Assembly: GCA_963783845.1 (NCBI GenBank) | Contig: CAWAPL010000028.1 | Span: 25,498-89,497 of the forward strand | Direction: 5' to 3' | DNA length: 64,000 nucleotides | DNA from: an uncultured Phycisphaerales bacterium | GTDB lineage: Bacteria > Planctomycetota > Phycisphaerae > Tepidisphaerales > Tepidisphaeraceae | Shown here: positions 27,051 to 36,752 of the stretch, piece after piece | Layout: the number at the start of each line of letters is the position of its first letter | Numbering within the stretch: position 1 is the stretch's first letter | Program-made: the position numbers and the translations under genes | Notes under the pieces: generated by a model | The model's database searches: none | Seen by the model: only the letters and a program-made list of their open reading frames with translations | What the model was told of the DNA's origin: nothing

Positions 27051-27807
27051 CTACTCCTCTTCAGGCACCATGACCTGTTTGGAAACGGCGCGAGCGATGC
27101 GAACGACCTCATCGCGATGAACTCGCTGGTCGGCTGGATACTTTCGACGGTTCCAGCACCGAAGAACGTAGACGTCGGGATCGCTCTCATCCTTAAAAAC
27201 CCGTTTGAAGGTCGTGGAGCCGTCCGTGAAGGCGAGATAATAGGATTTGCCCGGTAGAATTCCTTCGCGCTCGACGGCCTCGAAACTGAAGACCACGATC
27301 TCGCCATGTTTCCACTTGGGATGCTGGCAATCCCCATCGACCGGCGCGGTGAAGGCGCGGCGGTCGGAGGCGGCCACCAGCCGATTGGAATCCGGGTGCT
27401 CGGCAAATTTGTCAACGCGTCGGCTGGCGGCGATTCCAATCTGAAATTCCGGCAATACCCGGGCAAGATGGACGCGGCGAAGATCCAAGCCGGCCGGCAG
27501 TCCGGACCCCGCGGCATTGCCCGACCCCTTGGTGCCCGTATGATCCGGCCGCCTTTACGGAGGCGCCGCCAGGCGCGAGTTCCGACACGCAAAAGCGAGC
27601 CTTGAAGTCGTCAAAGCTCAAGTGCAATGCTGAAGCCAATTTGGGCAGACGTTTGGCCAGGATGCCGGCGACCTCGTGACGCTCAATCCGGCTGATGGTT
27701 TCGTCCGAAACCCCGCCGATCGCCTCACCGAGTTCACGCTGGGTCATTGCCAACTCCTCGCGGGCCTCCGCCAGCCGTTTTCCGAAGATGTGCGCCACGC
27801 GCGCCAT
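27051..27807 (-). pseudogene. CI/LexA-like repressor (XRE HTH + S24 peptidase-like domain), frame-disrupted as sequenced (shift near 27545)
   Basis: N-terminus GKRLAEAREELAMTQRELGEAIGGVSDETISRIERHE (ORF 27412..27807). C-terminal domain ...IGIAAS...APVDGDCQHPKWKHGEIVVFS...TTFKRVF (ORF 27051..27488) aligns with the LexA/CI GDSM...K architecture. Confidence 0.75.
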
Positions 27808-27816
27808 GGGCTTGGG

Positions 27817-27925
27817 TTCCTTATATCAGAAAAATTTGCAAAAACCAAACATTTACCTAACTTTTCTGTTGCATATTCCCAAGTTTGGAATATGATTGGA
27901 TGGTTGTCAAGGGCGTTCCTAGGAA
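27817..27925. promoter_or_regulatory. Divergent AT-rich control region with three TTCC(N2-8)GRAA dyads (operator candidates)
   Basis: TTCCttatatcaGAAA (27817-27832), TTCCcaagtttGGAA (27876-27890) and the perfect palindrome TTCCTAGGAA (27916-27925). They lie between the repressor ATG (27807) and ATG 27933. Confidence 0.4.
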
Positions 27926-27932
27926 ATTTCCC

Positions 27933-28316
27933 ATGGGCAAAGTCCGAACTGATCATTTCCGCCTCCGACCTTTGAGCGTTGCCTGGCAGCCGGGTCTGCC
28001 GGCAGGGATTCGCCAGGCCGATTGCGACGGCCGGCCGGACGACCTGGACGACCTGGACGACGCCGACGGCAATCGCCTTTGGAATGCCTGCGATGCGATC
28101 CAGCAGGAGTCGGTGTCGGCCCGCTTCGTTCACGTCCATGCGGAGCGGCTTCGCGATGCCTTGCTGGACACCCAGGACGCGCTGGGCTTGGCGACCGCCT
28201 CGCCAAATGGTGCGCCGGGGGCGCTATTTGGCCGCCTGCTGTGGACGTTGTGGATCAGCTACCGGGACCGGGCGCTGCGGGAAATGGTTAGACGGGGAGA
28301 TCTTTCCTCAACTTGA
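27933..28316 (+). CDS. Hypothetical acidic protein (divergent from the repressor)
   Basis: ATG 27933 within ORF 27885..28316. Contains the DDLDDLDDAD repeat and a helical C-terminus. Coding call is moderate only. Confidence 0.4.
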   Translation: MGKVRTDHFRLRPLSVAWQPGLPAGIRQADCDGRPDDLDDLDDADGNRLWNACDAIQQESVSARFVHVHAERLRDALLDTQDALGLATASPNGAPGALFGRLLWTLWISYRDRALREMVRRGDLSST

Positions 28317-28338
28317 GTTGACCGCAACTGCGGAGGAG

Positions 28339-28818
28339 ATGGCGATGGCCGATTTAGCTGTAAATAATCCAAACATAGTTATCGATGGGTCAAATAGCGG
28401 CGCGGCGGCAAAGTTCGGGCGGCAGCGCCAGACTCGGGAGCCTCGACCGGAAACCGAGGCGGCCCTCGTTCGCCAGCTTCGTCAGATCCGCCGCCAAATT
28501 GAGGAAACGGCTTGCTCTTCCACCTGGGCGGAGGACTGGCTTTACCGCGGGGCCGCGTACGCTCCTGATTTCCAGTGCAACTGCCCGGTCTGTCGCAAGC
28601 TGTTCCCCAATCGCCGACATCCCCGCCCGGTGCGCGAGTCCAATTATTCCATCGATTGTCAGATCGAAACGAATGAAGATCCGGAATTTGCCGAAGAACT
28701 GGCCCGCTTGCGCAACGATCGCGCTCGATTCGGGAGCGTTTTCATCGGCGGCGCGATGAGATCCATCCGCCATCGGGGTCATTCACGGAACGTGAAATCA
28801 TATGGAGAAGACGCGTGA
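28339..28818 (+). CDS. Hypothetical protein with a CxCxxC element
   Basis: ATG 28339 with a GGAGGAG RBS, within ORF 27979..28818. FQCNCPVCRKLF. Its stop overlaps the next start (GTGA). Confidence 0.5.
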   Translation: MAMADLAVNNPNIVIDGSNSGAAAKFGRQRQTREPRPETEAALVRQLRQIRRQIEETACSSTWAEDWLYRGAAYAPDFQCNCPVCRKLFPNRRHPRPVRESNYSIDCQIETNEDPEFAEELARLRNDRARFGSVFIGGAMRSIRHRGHSRNVKSYGEDA

Positions 28819-29090
28819 ACTCACTGGTTATGACGGAAAAGCAGCAGGAAGTCCTTTGGCTTCGCTATGGGCGCCGGGCGGCAATCAATCAGATCGCCGC
28901 GTGGCTAAAGATCAGCCGACGTGCCGTCCTATATCGATTGCGCAATGCCAGGCGCCGGGCCGCGCGTGCGGGATCGGCCTTTCCCGCGGCAGCAGTACGG
29001 CCGACCGCGGGGCAAAGGTTGCGGACGTATCCGGCCTCGCAGATTTCTGAACAGGGCGGCGGCGGCGTACTGCGGCTCGACGAAGTCTGA
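28815..29090 (+). CDS. Small sigma-70 region-4 / LuxR-type HTH protein
   Basis: TEKQQEVLWLRYGRRAAINQIAAWLKISRRAVLYRLRNARRRA is a sigma70_r4-like HTH. GTG 28815 (alternative ATG 28830). Confidence 0.6.
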   Translation: MNSLVMTEKQQEVLWLRYGRRAAINQIAAWLKISRRAVLYRLRNARRRAARAGSAFPAAAVRPTAGQRLRTYPASQISEQGGGGVLRLDEV

Positions 29091-29131
29091 TTCAGCGGCG
29101 CTGCACTGGGCGGAATCCAGGGTCAATGGGA

Positions 29132-30978
29132 TCAATGCTGGCCCCGGTGGCCAAAGCCGCCGGGCGGGCCGCCGAAGCCACCGGGTGGTCCGCCGATGTT
29201 GCCCGGTGGTCCGCCGACGCCGGGTGGTGGGCCGCCGGGAAGTTCGCCGCCCGGCTCGGGAGCGCCGTTCTTGGTCTGCTCGACCCACTGCAACTTCTCT
29301 TTGTAGTCCGCGCTGCCGGCTTCTTGCGTGGCGTCGAGTGGCTTGGCTACGCCTTCTCGGTCAACGACCGTAACGAGTATTTTGTTGGTCTTCGGGCGCC
29401 TATCCACGAAGCTATAGCCGGTGGAATAGTCCACTCCGCCGTCCACTCCGCCGATTGGATCGCCCAGGTTGACGTTGAACGACCCCTTTTGCCACTTTCC
29501 ATTGGACCAAGTGAAAACGTCAAATGGAGCGGCTTCGGTCTTGCTTACGCTCTGGGATTTGCCGCAATAGAAGTAAGTTTGATCCGGAACGGTTATCTCC
29601 GGCGTGTAGTCGCTCATTGGCGAAACCAGATCGAATTTATTGACCCAGTTTTTGTTGGCTGCCTTTTGCGGCGCCTTGTTGAAAAGCGGATTGAGCGCCT
29701 TGTAAACGATGCGATATCGATAGGTTTTGCCCGCGTCGGCTGAATTATCGACGATGTACACGCACAAATCCGGCGACTTGGCGGGCAAGGCAACAACATT
29801 CAGCTTCATGACCGGCTCAATCGGCGTGGGATTGGGCGCCACCTTCGGATAACCCGGCGGGAAGACCGGGTCAACCGTTCCGGCGCAGGGGGCACAATTA
29901 CCGGCGGCGGAGGCGCCTGCTCGGCCGGCGGTTGCTGCGCCGCTCGCGAGGGAGGCGCAAAGCGGCCCCCTCCGCCAAACCCGCCGGGTGGCCCGCCGAA
30001 CTGAGCGTACAGCGTGCCGTCCAAAGTGTTGGACGTATTTACGACGATTCGCTGCTGCGAGTCTGGCAGGAAACTTGCCCCGTTTTGGTCTGGCGTTTCG
30101 GGAGCGACAGGCTGTTTGGATGCCGCGGTCAAATAGGCCAGCGGATCTTTCCACACCACGCCGGCGATCGGGGTTGGGATCGTTGGCGCAACGGCGGCGT
30201 TCGGCTTCATGGCCACCGCTTGCAAATAGGCCATCTCCGAATTCCTATCGCCTGCGGCTGGATAAGCCGGCAAATCGCTGTTGAACGCGGGCACCTCCTC
30301 ATCTTTGCCCCAATCGTTGTCAATCTTCTCGGAACGATACGCCGTGACGGAGAGAATCTGGAAGTCAGCCGGGTTGAGCCTGGCCTGGCCGCCGGGTTTC
30401 GGCGGCCCAAACGATTTGTTCCATTGATCGTAAAGCTCGGTCCAGGGAATGGTGAATGTCGCGACGACCAATCGCGTATCTTTGCCCGGGACCGGGGCTG
30501 CGGGAGCGGCGGCTGGGGCAGCGGCGGCGGCGGCAGGCAGTGCGAAGGTGTCAAGGGCGGCACCAACCAGCAGGGGATGCGCCGCCGGCAGCGTCGGAAG
30601 CTGCTGCACCGGAACGCCCAATTGGTTCGGCGATCCCGGCAATTTGGCGAGATCAAATGGTGAGTAATCGAAATCCCCGCCGGCTATTTGTGGCGGCTTG
30701 AACGAATCCATCCTTAACTGCGAATCAATCGCCAGTGAGAAATCCTCAACCTTGAAGCTCGGCGGCTGAACGTCGCCCATCTTCTCTCGCAGCCGCTCCG
30801 CCGCACCCTGATCGATGACGCTGTCAACCGTGCCCGGATTGACGGTGTGCCCCTCCATCTCCTTCGAAACAGGATCACTGATCAAATAATAGAATGCACA
30901 CCAGCCCAGGAAGGCCAGGGCGCTCGCCAAGGCGATCCATTCCACGCTTGATTCGAGCAATCGCACGATCTTTTGCAT
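29132..30978 (-). pseudogene. N-terminally anchored protein of the PilM/N operon with a GGPPGGFG tail, frame-disrupted as sequenced (shift near 29885)
   Basis: ORF 29806..30978 begins MQKIVRLLESSVEWIALASALAFLGWCAFYYL (TM helix). It continues in ORF 29132..30154 from ...TVDPVFPPGYPKVAPNP... to ...GGPPGGFGGPPGGFGHRGQH. The junction lies at a C5 run. Confidence 0.6.
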
Positions 30979-31009
30979 AAGTCACCCGAATAACGAATCC
31001 GCGTCCCTG

Positions 31010-32410
31010 CTAATGGACGTGTCTACCAAAGCCGCCGGGAGGTCCGCCGAAACCGCCGGGAGGTCCACCAAAACCGCCGGTAGGTCCGCCAACGCCTTCG
31101 GGAGGTCCACCGTATCCCGGCTGCTGACCGCCGCCGTTACCCGTGCCGGCTGTGCCCAACGCGCTCTTGCCCAATCCACCCTTTCTGGAGTCGGGAAGGA
31201 TATCGTCCGTCCACTTCCGCATCAGCAAATCCTCGCAGTCAATCTCGATACGGACCACCGGTTTGTCTCCGTAGCGAAAACCTCCCGCCTGGCTTGAGGT
31301 TGCCACGGCAGGATCGACAACTTCGTTGAATTGCACGTTCAACACGGTGATAAACTGGCCAACCTCCAGTTGACGCAAGATCTGCGGAACCTTGGTTGCA
31401 TCCGCCACGAGCCGGATCCTGAACCGCAGGACGTCGTACAGCCCGTTGCAGACTCGCCCCGTGGGGGAAACCGCCGTGTCCTTCGGCGTGGCGGCGCTGA
31501 CGCCGGCGGCGGTATCGACACCGCCCTGTGCAATCACCGGCGAGGGAGGGTCAATCCCCTCGATGTTCTTCACGGCGGCGTGGAGGATGTCGTGCTGAGG
31601 CGGCCCGCCCAGCGAAGATGGATCGGAATAAAGTTCATTCGCTTGCGCGATCGCGTTGGTGACGTCGTCCAATACCCACATGACGATCTGCGCGTCACAA
31701 ATCTTGTCCGGCGTTGGAAAGGTGCCATCCTTGATCGTTGGGTCCACCGGAAGCGTATTGGGCAAGAGATAGATTCGATGTTGCTGCGCCCGGTCCAATT
31801 CCATGCGGGGCTGGACCGACGCCGACTCCAACTCGAATTCCGCCTGCGCTTCGGCTTGTGAATCCGGCGTTGCGTTGCCCTGCGCGTCATAAGCTAATCG
31901 GGCCTTGTCGATTTCATCGCGGAGCTTGTCCAATTCCGCCTGAACCTCGGCGGATGTCGGCGGCGCCGTTGAGTCCAGAATCTTCTGCCAGCGGGCATAA
32001 TCCGTCACTTCCAGAGCATATTGCTTGGCGAACATGTAACGAATCGCGTCCGTCGGTTTGGGCAGTTCATCCGGAAGCAGCGGCAAGTGCTGATTGGTCT
32101 CGACGGCCCTCCCGAGCATCTTTGTCGCCTGTTGGCTGACTTGCTCCGTGGCTGCGATCCCCGCATCGATGACCGGCTGGGTTGGAAAAACCTGCAATGG
32201 ACCGGGAACGGTCTCATCGGGCGACAACAGCGGCATCGACCGCGACGCGGTGGCCAGATTATCCAGACTGCTGTTGATCTGCATGCGCGAGTCAAGCTCC
32301 GACTCCAGGGTGTCGTACCTCCCGCTCATCGGCCAGTACAATGCCACCACCGCCAGGATTGCGATGATCCCGAACACGATGCTGAAAATATTTTTCTTGA
32401 TCACATCCAT
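31010..32410 (-). CDS. N-terminally anchored PilO-position protein with a GGPPGGFG tail
   Basis: 466 aa: MDVIKKNIFSIVFGIIAILAVVALYW (TM helix), a coiled region, and the C-terminus GGPTGGFGGPPGGFGGPPGGFGRHVH. Directly downstream of pilM/N. Confidence 0.65.
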   Translation of the reverse strand: MDVIKKNIFSIVFGIIAILAVVALYWPMSGRYDTLESELDSRMQINSSLDNLATASRSMPLLSPDETVPGPLQVFPTQPVIDAGIAATEQVSQQATKMLGRAVETNQHLPLLPDELPKPTDAIRYMFAKQYALEVTDYARWQKILDSTAPPTSAEVQAELDKLRDEIDKARLAYDAQGNATPDSQAEAQAEFELESASVQPRMELDRAQQHRIYLLPNTLPVDPTIKDGTFPTPDKICDAQIVMWVLDDVTNAIAQANELYSDPSSLGGPPQHDILHAAVKNIEGIDPPSPVIAQGGVDTAAGVSAATPKDTAVSPTGRVCNGLYDVLRFRIRLVADATKVPQILRQLEVGQFITVLNVQFNEVVDPAVATSSQAGGFRYGDKPVVRIEIDCEDLLMRKWTDDILPDSRKGGLGKSALGTAGTGNGGGQQPGYGGPPEGVGGPTGGFGGPPGGFGGPPGGFGRHVH

Positions 32411-32434
32411 GGTTCTCTCCGCTTTTTGCCGCGG

Positions 32435-34523
32435 CTACGGCGACGGCTGCGCCGGCGTGGGCGGGGCCGGCGGCGGATCGATCACCACGACCAGTTCCAC
32501 CTTCATTTCCCAGTCGTCGCCACGATCTTCCTGTGTCATCCGATCGATGTATAAACCGCGGTCCACGTTCGCTTGCCCTCCCGCCGCCGGTGGGCCGCCA
32601 AAGCGCCCGGCAACTCCCCCCGGCTGAAAGCCGCCAAATCGTGCAGCGCCGCCGGAGGCAGCGCCGCCCGTCGTCTGATCTCCGGGTTTCACCCCAAGGA
32701 GGGCCTGAGCATCGTCGTATGAGTTTGTCAATTGCTGAATCCGAATCGGGTCGTTCTTGATCTGGATTTGCTGCATCGGCGCCGACACCTTGGCGATGTA
32801 GAAATCGCGGCGGTTTTTCGGGTTGTCGGCATTCCACTTGTCCATAGCCGCGCGATCGAATTTCCTCAGGTTTGGAATGAAGCTTTGCAGCGCATACAAA
32901 AAGCCGTCCCTATGCGGCGTCGTGATGCTGATCGTGAGGATAAAACCGCGCGAACCGCTGGGAATCGCCGGATCGCTCGCCGGCTGACCCGCCGACGCGG
33001 GCGTCGCCATTCCAAGCTCCGGTGGGGCGCCGGCGAGGCCCAGCAGCAAATCCGGATAATACGCCGATTCAATCTTGTCGATGAGAACGATCTCCCGCAT
33101 CGGCCTCGGATGGGACTTGAGATACGCCTCGCTGGGATATCCCTCCGGCGCCGGAGGCAGCGCGGAAAAGATTTCGCCAAGCAAATCGATCCACAGCCCG
33201 CGGCCGTCGAGCATCGACCGCACGTTCTGAATCGTCAGTCGATCGCTGCTTCCATTGCCTTCGACTTTATCTTTCCACTGCGAACTCAGATCCGTGGCCT
33301 GCCTCAGGACAGGATCAATGCGCGTATCACGAGTTTCGGCGGCGTTCTTGAATTCCAAATCCCGCAGGTAATAACCCAGGAGCGACATGCCGGCACCGAG
33401 CACGAATATCGCAGCCGCGGCGCCAAACCACTTGGTCTTGTCCCTCCACATTTTCGCACGGCGAATCTTCATCGGGAGCAGGCTGCTGGTGATCTTGCTC
33501 TGGCCCATCGCCTGAATTGCCAATCCGTACGCGCTGACCAGCGACAGGAGGTTCTGATTGAACGTCGCGGCCAGCTTGGCGTCCGTGGGGGCGCCGGCGG
33601 TCAATTCGTTCAGCTTGTCCACTTCCAGTTGCAGGTTCTGCTGAAGGTATTTCTGCAGTCCCGCCAAACGGAACGTGCCCCCCAGCGCCAGCACCTTTTT
33701 GATGCGCGATTCCCGGTGCACCGATGAATAGAACCCAATGCTTCGCTGAATCTCGGCAACCAGATCGGCAAAGACCGGCCTCATCGCCTGGAAGATCTGG
33801 CGGGCGTACTTGCTCGTGTTCGCGTTCCGCTTGAGGTCCATCGGCCTTGTTGAACGGCAGCTTGAAGCTCTTGACCAGGACTTCCGTGAAATTGTTCCCG
33901 CCGATTGGAATCGATCGCAGCCAGATCGTTTCCCCGTCCGCGATGATCAGGTCGGTGTTTTCCGCCCCCAGGTCGATGAGCATCGTCGTGCCCTGAAGGC
34001 GGTTGTCGTAGTACATCGCGTTGTAAACCGCCAGCGGATTCATCTGAACGACCTGAACGTTCAGGTCCACATCCGTGAAGTGCTTGATATGCGCGTTGAT
34101 CAGTTCCCGACGCATCGCAAAGATGCCGACTTCCACGTCGGGAGATGCGGGAGTCTGGAAAAGCTGATAACTCCATTCCACGTCGTCCAGCGGGAAGGGG
34201 ATTTGCTGAATGGCCTCGAATCGGACGATTTCCGGAATCTTCTTGGGTTCGACCGGCGGCAGCTTGATGAACCGCGCGAAGCTGGAAACCCCGCTGACAC
34301 TGATGGCCGCCACGCCTCCCTTGGTCGCGTGCCTCTGGACAAAATTCGCCAGGGCGGATTGGATCAGCGCTTCCTTGTTGTCCCCCGCGTTGGACAGCAC
34401 GTTCTCGTGCTCGATGACCTCGAAATCATCAATGCGAAGCCCGGCCTCCTCGCGGACGAGCTTGATTGCCTTCAGAGCGCGGTTACCGATGTCGATGCCC
34501 CAGGCGAAACGGGCGCTGGCCAT
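32435..34523 (-). pseudogene. pilM: Type IV pilus assembly protein PilM fused to a PilN-like membrane segment, frame-disrupted as sequenced (shift near 33845)
   Basis: ORF 33327..34523 has FAWGIDIGNRALKAIKL...LIDLGAENTDLII...IPIGGNNFTE (actin-like ATPase). It continues in ORF 32435..33841: DLKRNANTSKYARQ...LALGGTFRLAGLQKYL..., then a TM helix WFGAAAAIFVLGAGMSLLGYYL. Confidence 0.85.
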
Positions 34524-34784
34524 ACCTACTCCTGTGCTGACGATCGTTCCGGAAGAGCGGCGGACCGGCTGTTGTGCCGCCGCTTGACCTCAGGTTGCGT
34601 CTGGGAAACTTCGCCGGTCCGCGTTCACCCGCCCAGACTGAGCCTAAGATGTAACCGCTTTTCCGTAGGAGTTCAACAACCGTCGATCTCACGGACAAAC
34701 CGGCCATTTATTAGACGTTCGAGCGCCCCTTGAAGTTCCCGCGATGGCCGGGATCATTGGACGGCCTATTCGGACGCTTTTTGC

Positions 34785-36309
34785 ATGAGAACGTTCTCCA
34801 TCCAAACCCTCGGCTGCAAGGTCAACCAGTACGAAAGCGAGCAAATCGCCGCGCTGCTGCGCTCCCATGGCTGGGTTGAATCCGACGCCGAGGCGGCGGA
34901 ACTGAGGATCATCAACAGTTGCAGCGTTACAGTCGAGGCTGCCAGCAAAAGCCGCCAATCCGTCCGGCAGGCGGTCAAATTGCCGGTTATGGGGCAAGGC
35001 GACCGGAAATCGCGCGTGATCGTCATGGGCTGTTGGGCCACAAGCGACCGGGAAGCCGCCAGCCGGTTGCCCGGCGTCGATCGGGTTCTGACTCATCAAG
35101 ACAACGTCGCCCAGCGCTTAACGGAATTTTTATCTGAAGAGGTTTCGGTTGGCGCCAGGGCAACCGTATTCTCCGATTCCCCCTCGCCCGGTACTCCGGG
35201 AGAGGGCAGGGGTGAGGGTCTTTCGCGCAATAGCCCTCACCCTAACCCTCTCCCGGAGTACCGGGAGAGGGAACAAAAGGCTCGCCTGCCAGAGTGTGGT
35301 TGTCCTGCGGCTGCCACCCATTCTTTGCCTCTTCTGGCCGAGCGCCAGGAGCAACATCAACGAGCCTTCCTCAAAATCCAGGACGGCTGCGACGCCCATT
35401 GCACTTACTGCATCATTCCACGACTTAGGACATCGCTCTGGAGCAAACCGCCGGATGAGTTGCTCAAGGAAGCTCGCCAACTCGTGGCCGCCGGGCATGT
35501 CGAAATCGTCCTGACCGGCATCTTTCTCAGCGCGTACGGCCGGGAGACCGCCCTTCGCCGCCGGCAATCAAAAGCCGCCGGAAATCCACTGGCCCGGGCG
35601 ATCGAATTGCTCTGCACCGGCGTCCCGGGACTTGGCCGCATTCGCCTGTCCAGCCTCGAGCCCGGCGATCTCGACGACGATTTGCTCCAGACGCTTCGAT
35701 CGCATCCGCAGGTTGTTCCGCACTTCCACCTGCCGGTGCAAAGCGGCTCCAGCGCCGTTCTGCGGAAAATGAATCGCCAATACACGCGCGATGATTTCCT
35801 TCGCCTTCTGGATCGCATTGACCTCGCATTCGACCGACCGGCCCTGACGAGCGACATCATCGTTGGTTTCCCCGGCGAAACGGACGCCGATTTCCAGCAG
35901 ACGCTCGAGGTCGTCAACCGCGCCCGGTTCATTCACATGCACGTTTTCCCGTTTTCGCCCAGGCCCGGCACCGCCGCGGCGCTGGGAAAGCGATTTCGTT
36001 CGGGGACCGATTGTTAGCCGGCGCATCGATGCTCTTCGTCGCCGCGAAATCGAATTCAGCCTGGCGTTTCGATCCAATTTCATTGGGCAATCCGTCCAAC
36101 TGCTCGTGGAACGGGATGCCGTGCGCCCGCCCCAATTCGCCGGCGTCCGCCATGGCCGTTGCCCGCGGTACTTCGACGTGCATTTTGAGAGCGAAACAGT
36201 CGCAACCGGCGATCTCGTCGATGTCCGAATCGACCGTGTCACACCGACGCGAACTTTCGGAACGTTGCTTTCCGTCGCAGCCAGGCGCAAGGAGCTTTGT
36301 TCCGCATGA
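34785..36309 (+). pseudogene. mtaB: MiaB-like tRNA methylthiotransferase MtaB, frame-disrupted as sequenced (shift near 35980), with a repeat-derived insertion
   Basis: MRTFSIQTLGCKVNQYESE (UPF0004 domain), radical-SAM DGCDAHCTYCIIP, then a TRAM-like tail in ORF 35863..36309 (...GQSVQLLVERD...GDLVDVRIDRV). Its stop overlaps the dtd ATG (ATGA). Confidence 0.85.
35187..35265. repeat. 79-bp palindromic repeat element embedded in-frame in mtaB
   Basis: Arms CCCGGTACTCCGGGAGAGGGCAGGGGTGAGGG and CCCTCACCCTAACCCTCTCCCGGAGTACCGGG are nearly perfect complements separated by about 15 nt. The region translates as SPGTPGEGRGEGLSRNSPHPNPLPEYRERE. Confidence 0.85.
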
Positions 36310-36752
36310 TCTGCGTCATCCAGCGCGTGAGTCAGGCGAGCGTGACCGTCGATGGCCAAATCGTCGGCCAAATTGGTCTGGGGATGCTCGTCCTGGCCGC
36401 GGTTCATTCCGCCGATTTGGCCGAGGACGTGGCCTGGACGGCGCGTAAACTGGCCAGCCTGCGGATTTTCGCGGGCAGCGGGGGCAATTTCGATCGGGAC
36501 GTAAAGGAGATCGGCGGTTCGATTCTGCTGATCAGCAATTTCACCGTCGCCGCCGACGCGCGCAAGGGGAGGCGTCCGTCACTGTCCGGCGCGGCCGATC
36601 CGGCGGCCGGCCGTGAGAAGTTCGATCAACTCGTCGCCGCCGTCCGGGCGCTCGGGGTGAATGTCGATATTGGCCGGTTCGGCGCGGACATGAAGATCGC
36701 CCTTGTCAACGAGGGGCCTGTTACGTTCGTCCTGAACAGCCGCGAGAGATGA
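36306..36752 (+). CDS. dtd: D-aminoacyl-tRNA deacylase
   Basis: MICVIQRVSQASVTVDGQIVGQIGLGMLVL...ILLISNFTV...GRRPS...GADMKIALVNEGPVTF. AAGGAG RBS upstream. Confidence 0.9.
   Translation: MICVIQRVSQASVTVDGQIVGQIGLGMLVLAAVHSADLAEDVAWTARKLASLRIFAGSGGNFDRDVKEIGGSILLISNFTVAADARKGRRPSLSGAADPAAGREKFDQLVAAVRALGVNVDIGRFGADMKIALVNEGPVTFVLNSRER

Noticed and set aside
26672-27592. 306-aa minus-strand ORF spanning the repressor C-terminal domain and the PEP-CTERM gene end
   Set aside because: It is in a different frame from both the HTH and the S24-like readings. Its sequence is Arg/Pro/Ser-rich nonsense, and it overlaps the end of the convergent PEP-CTERM gene.
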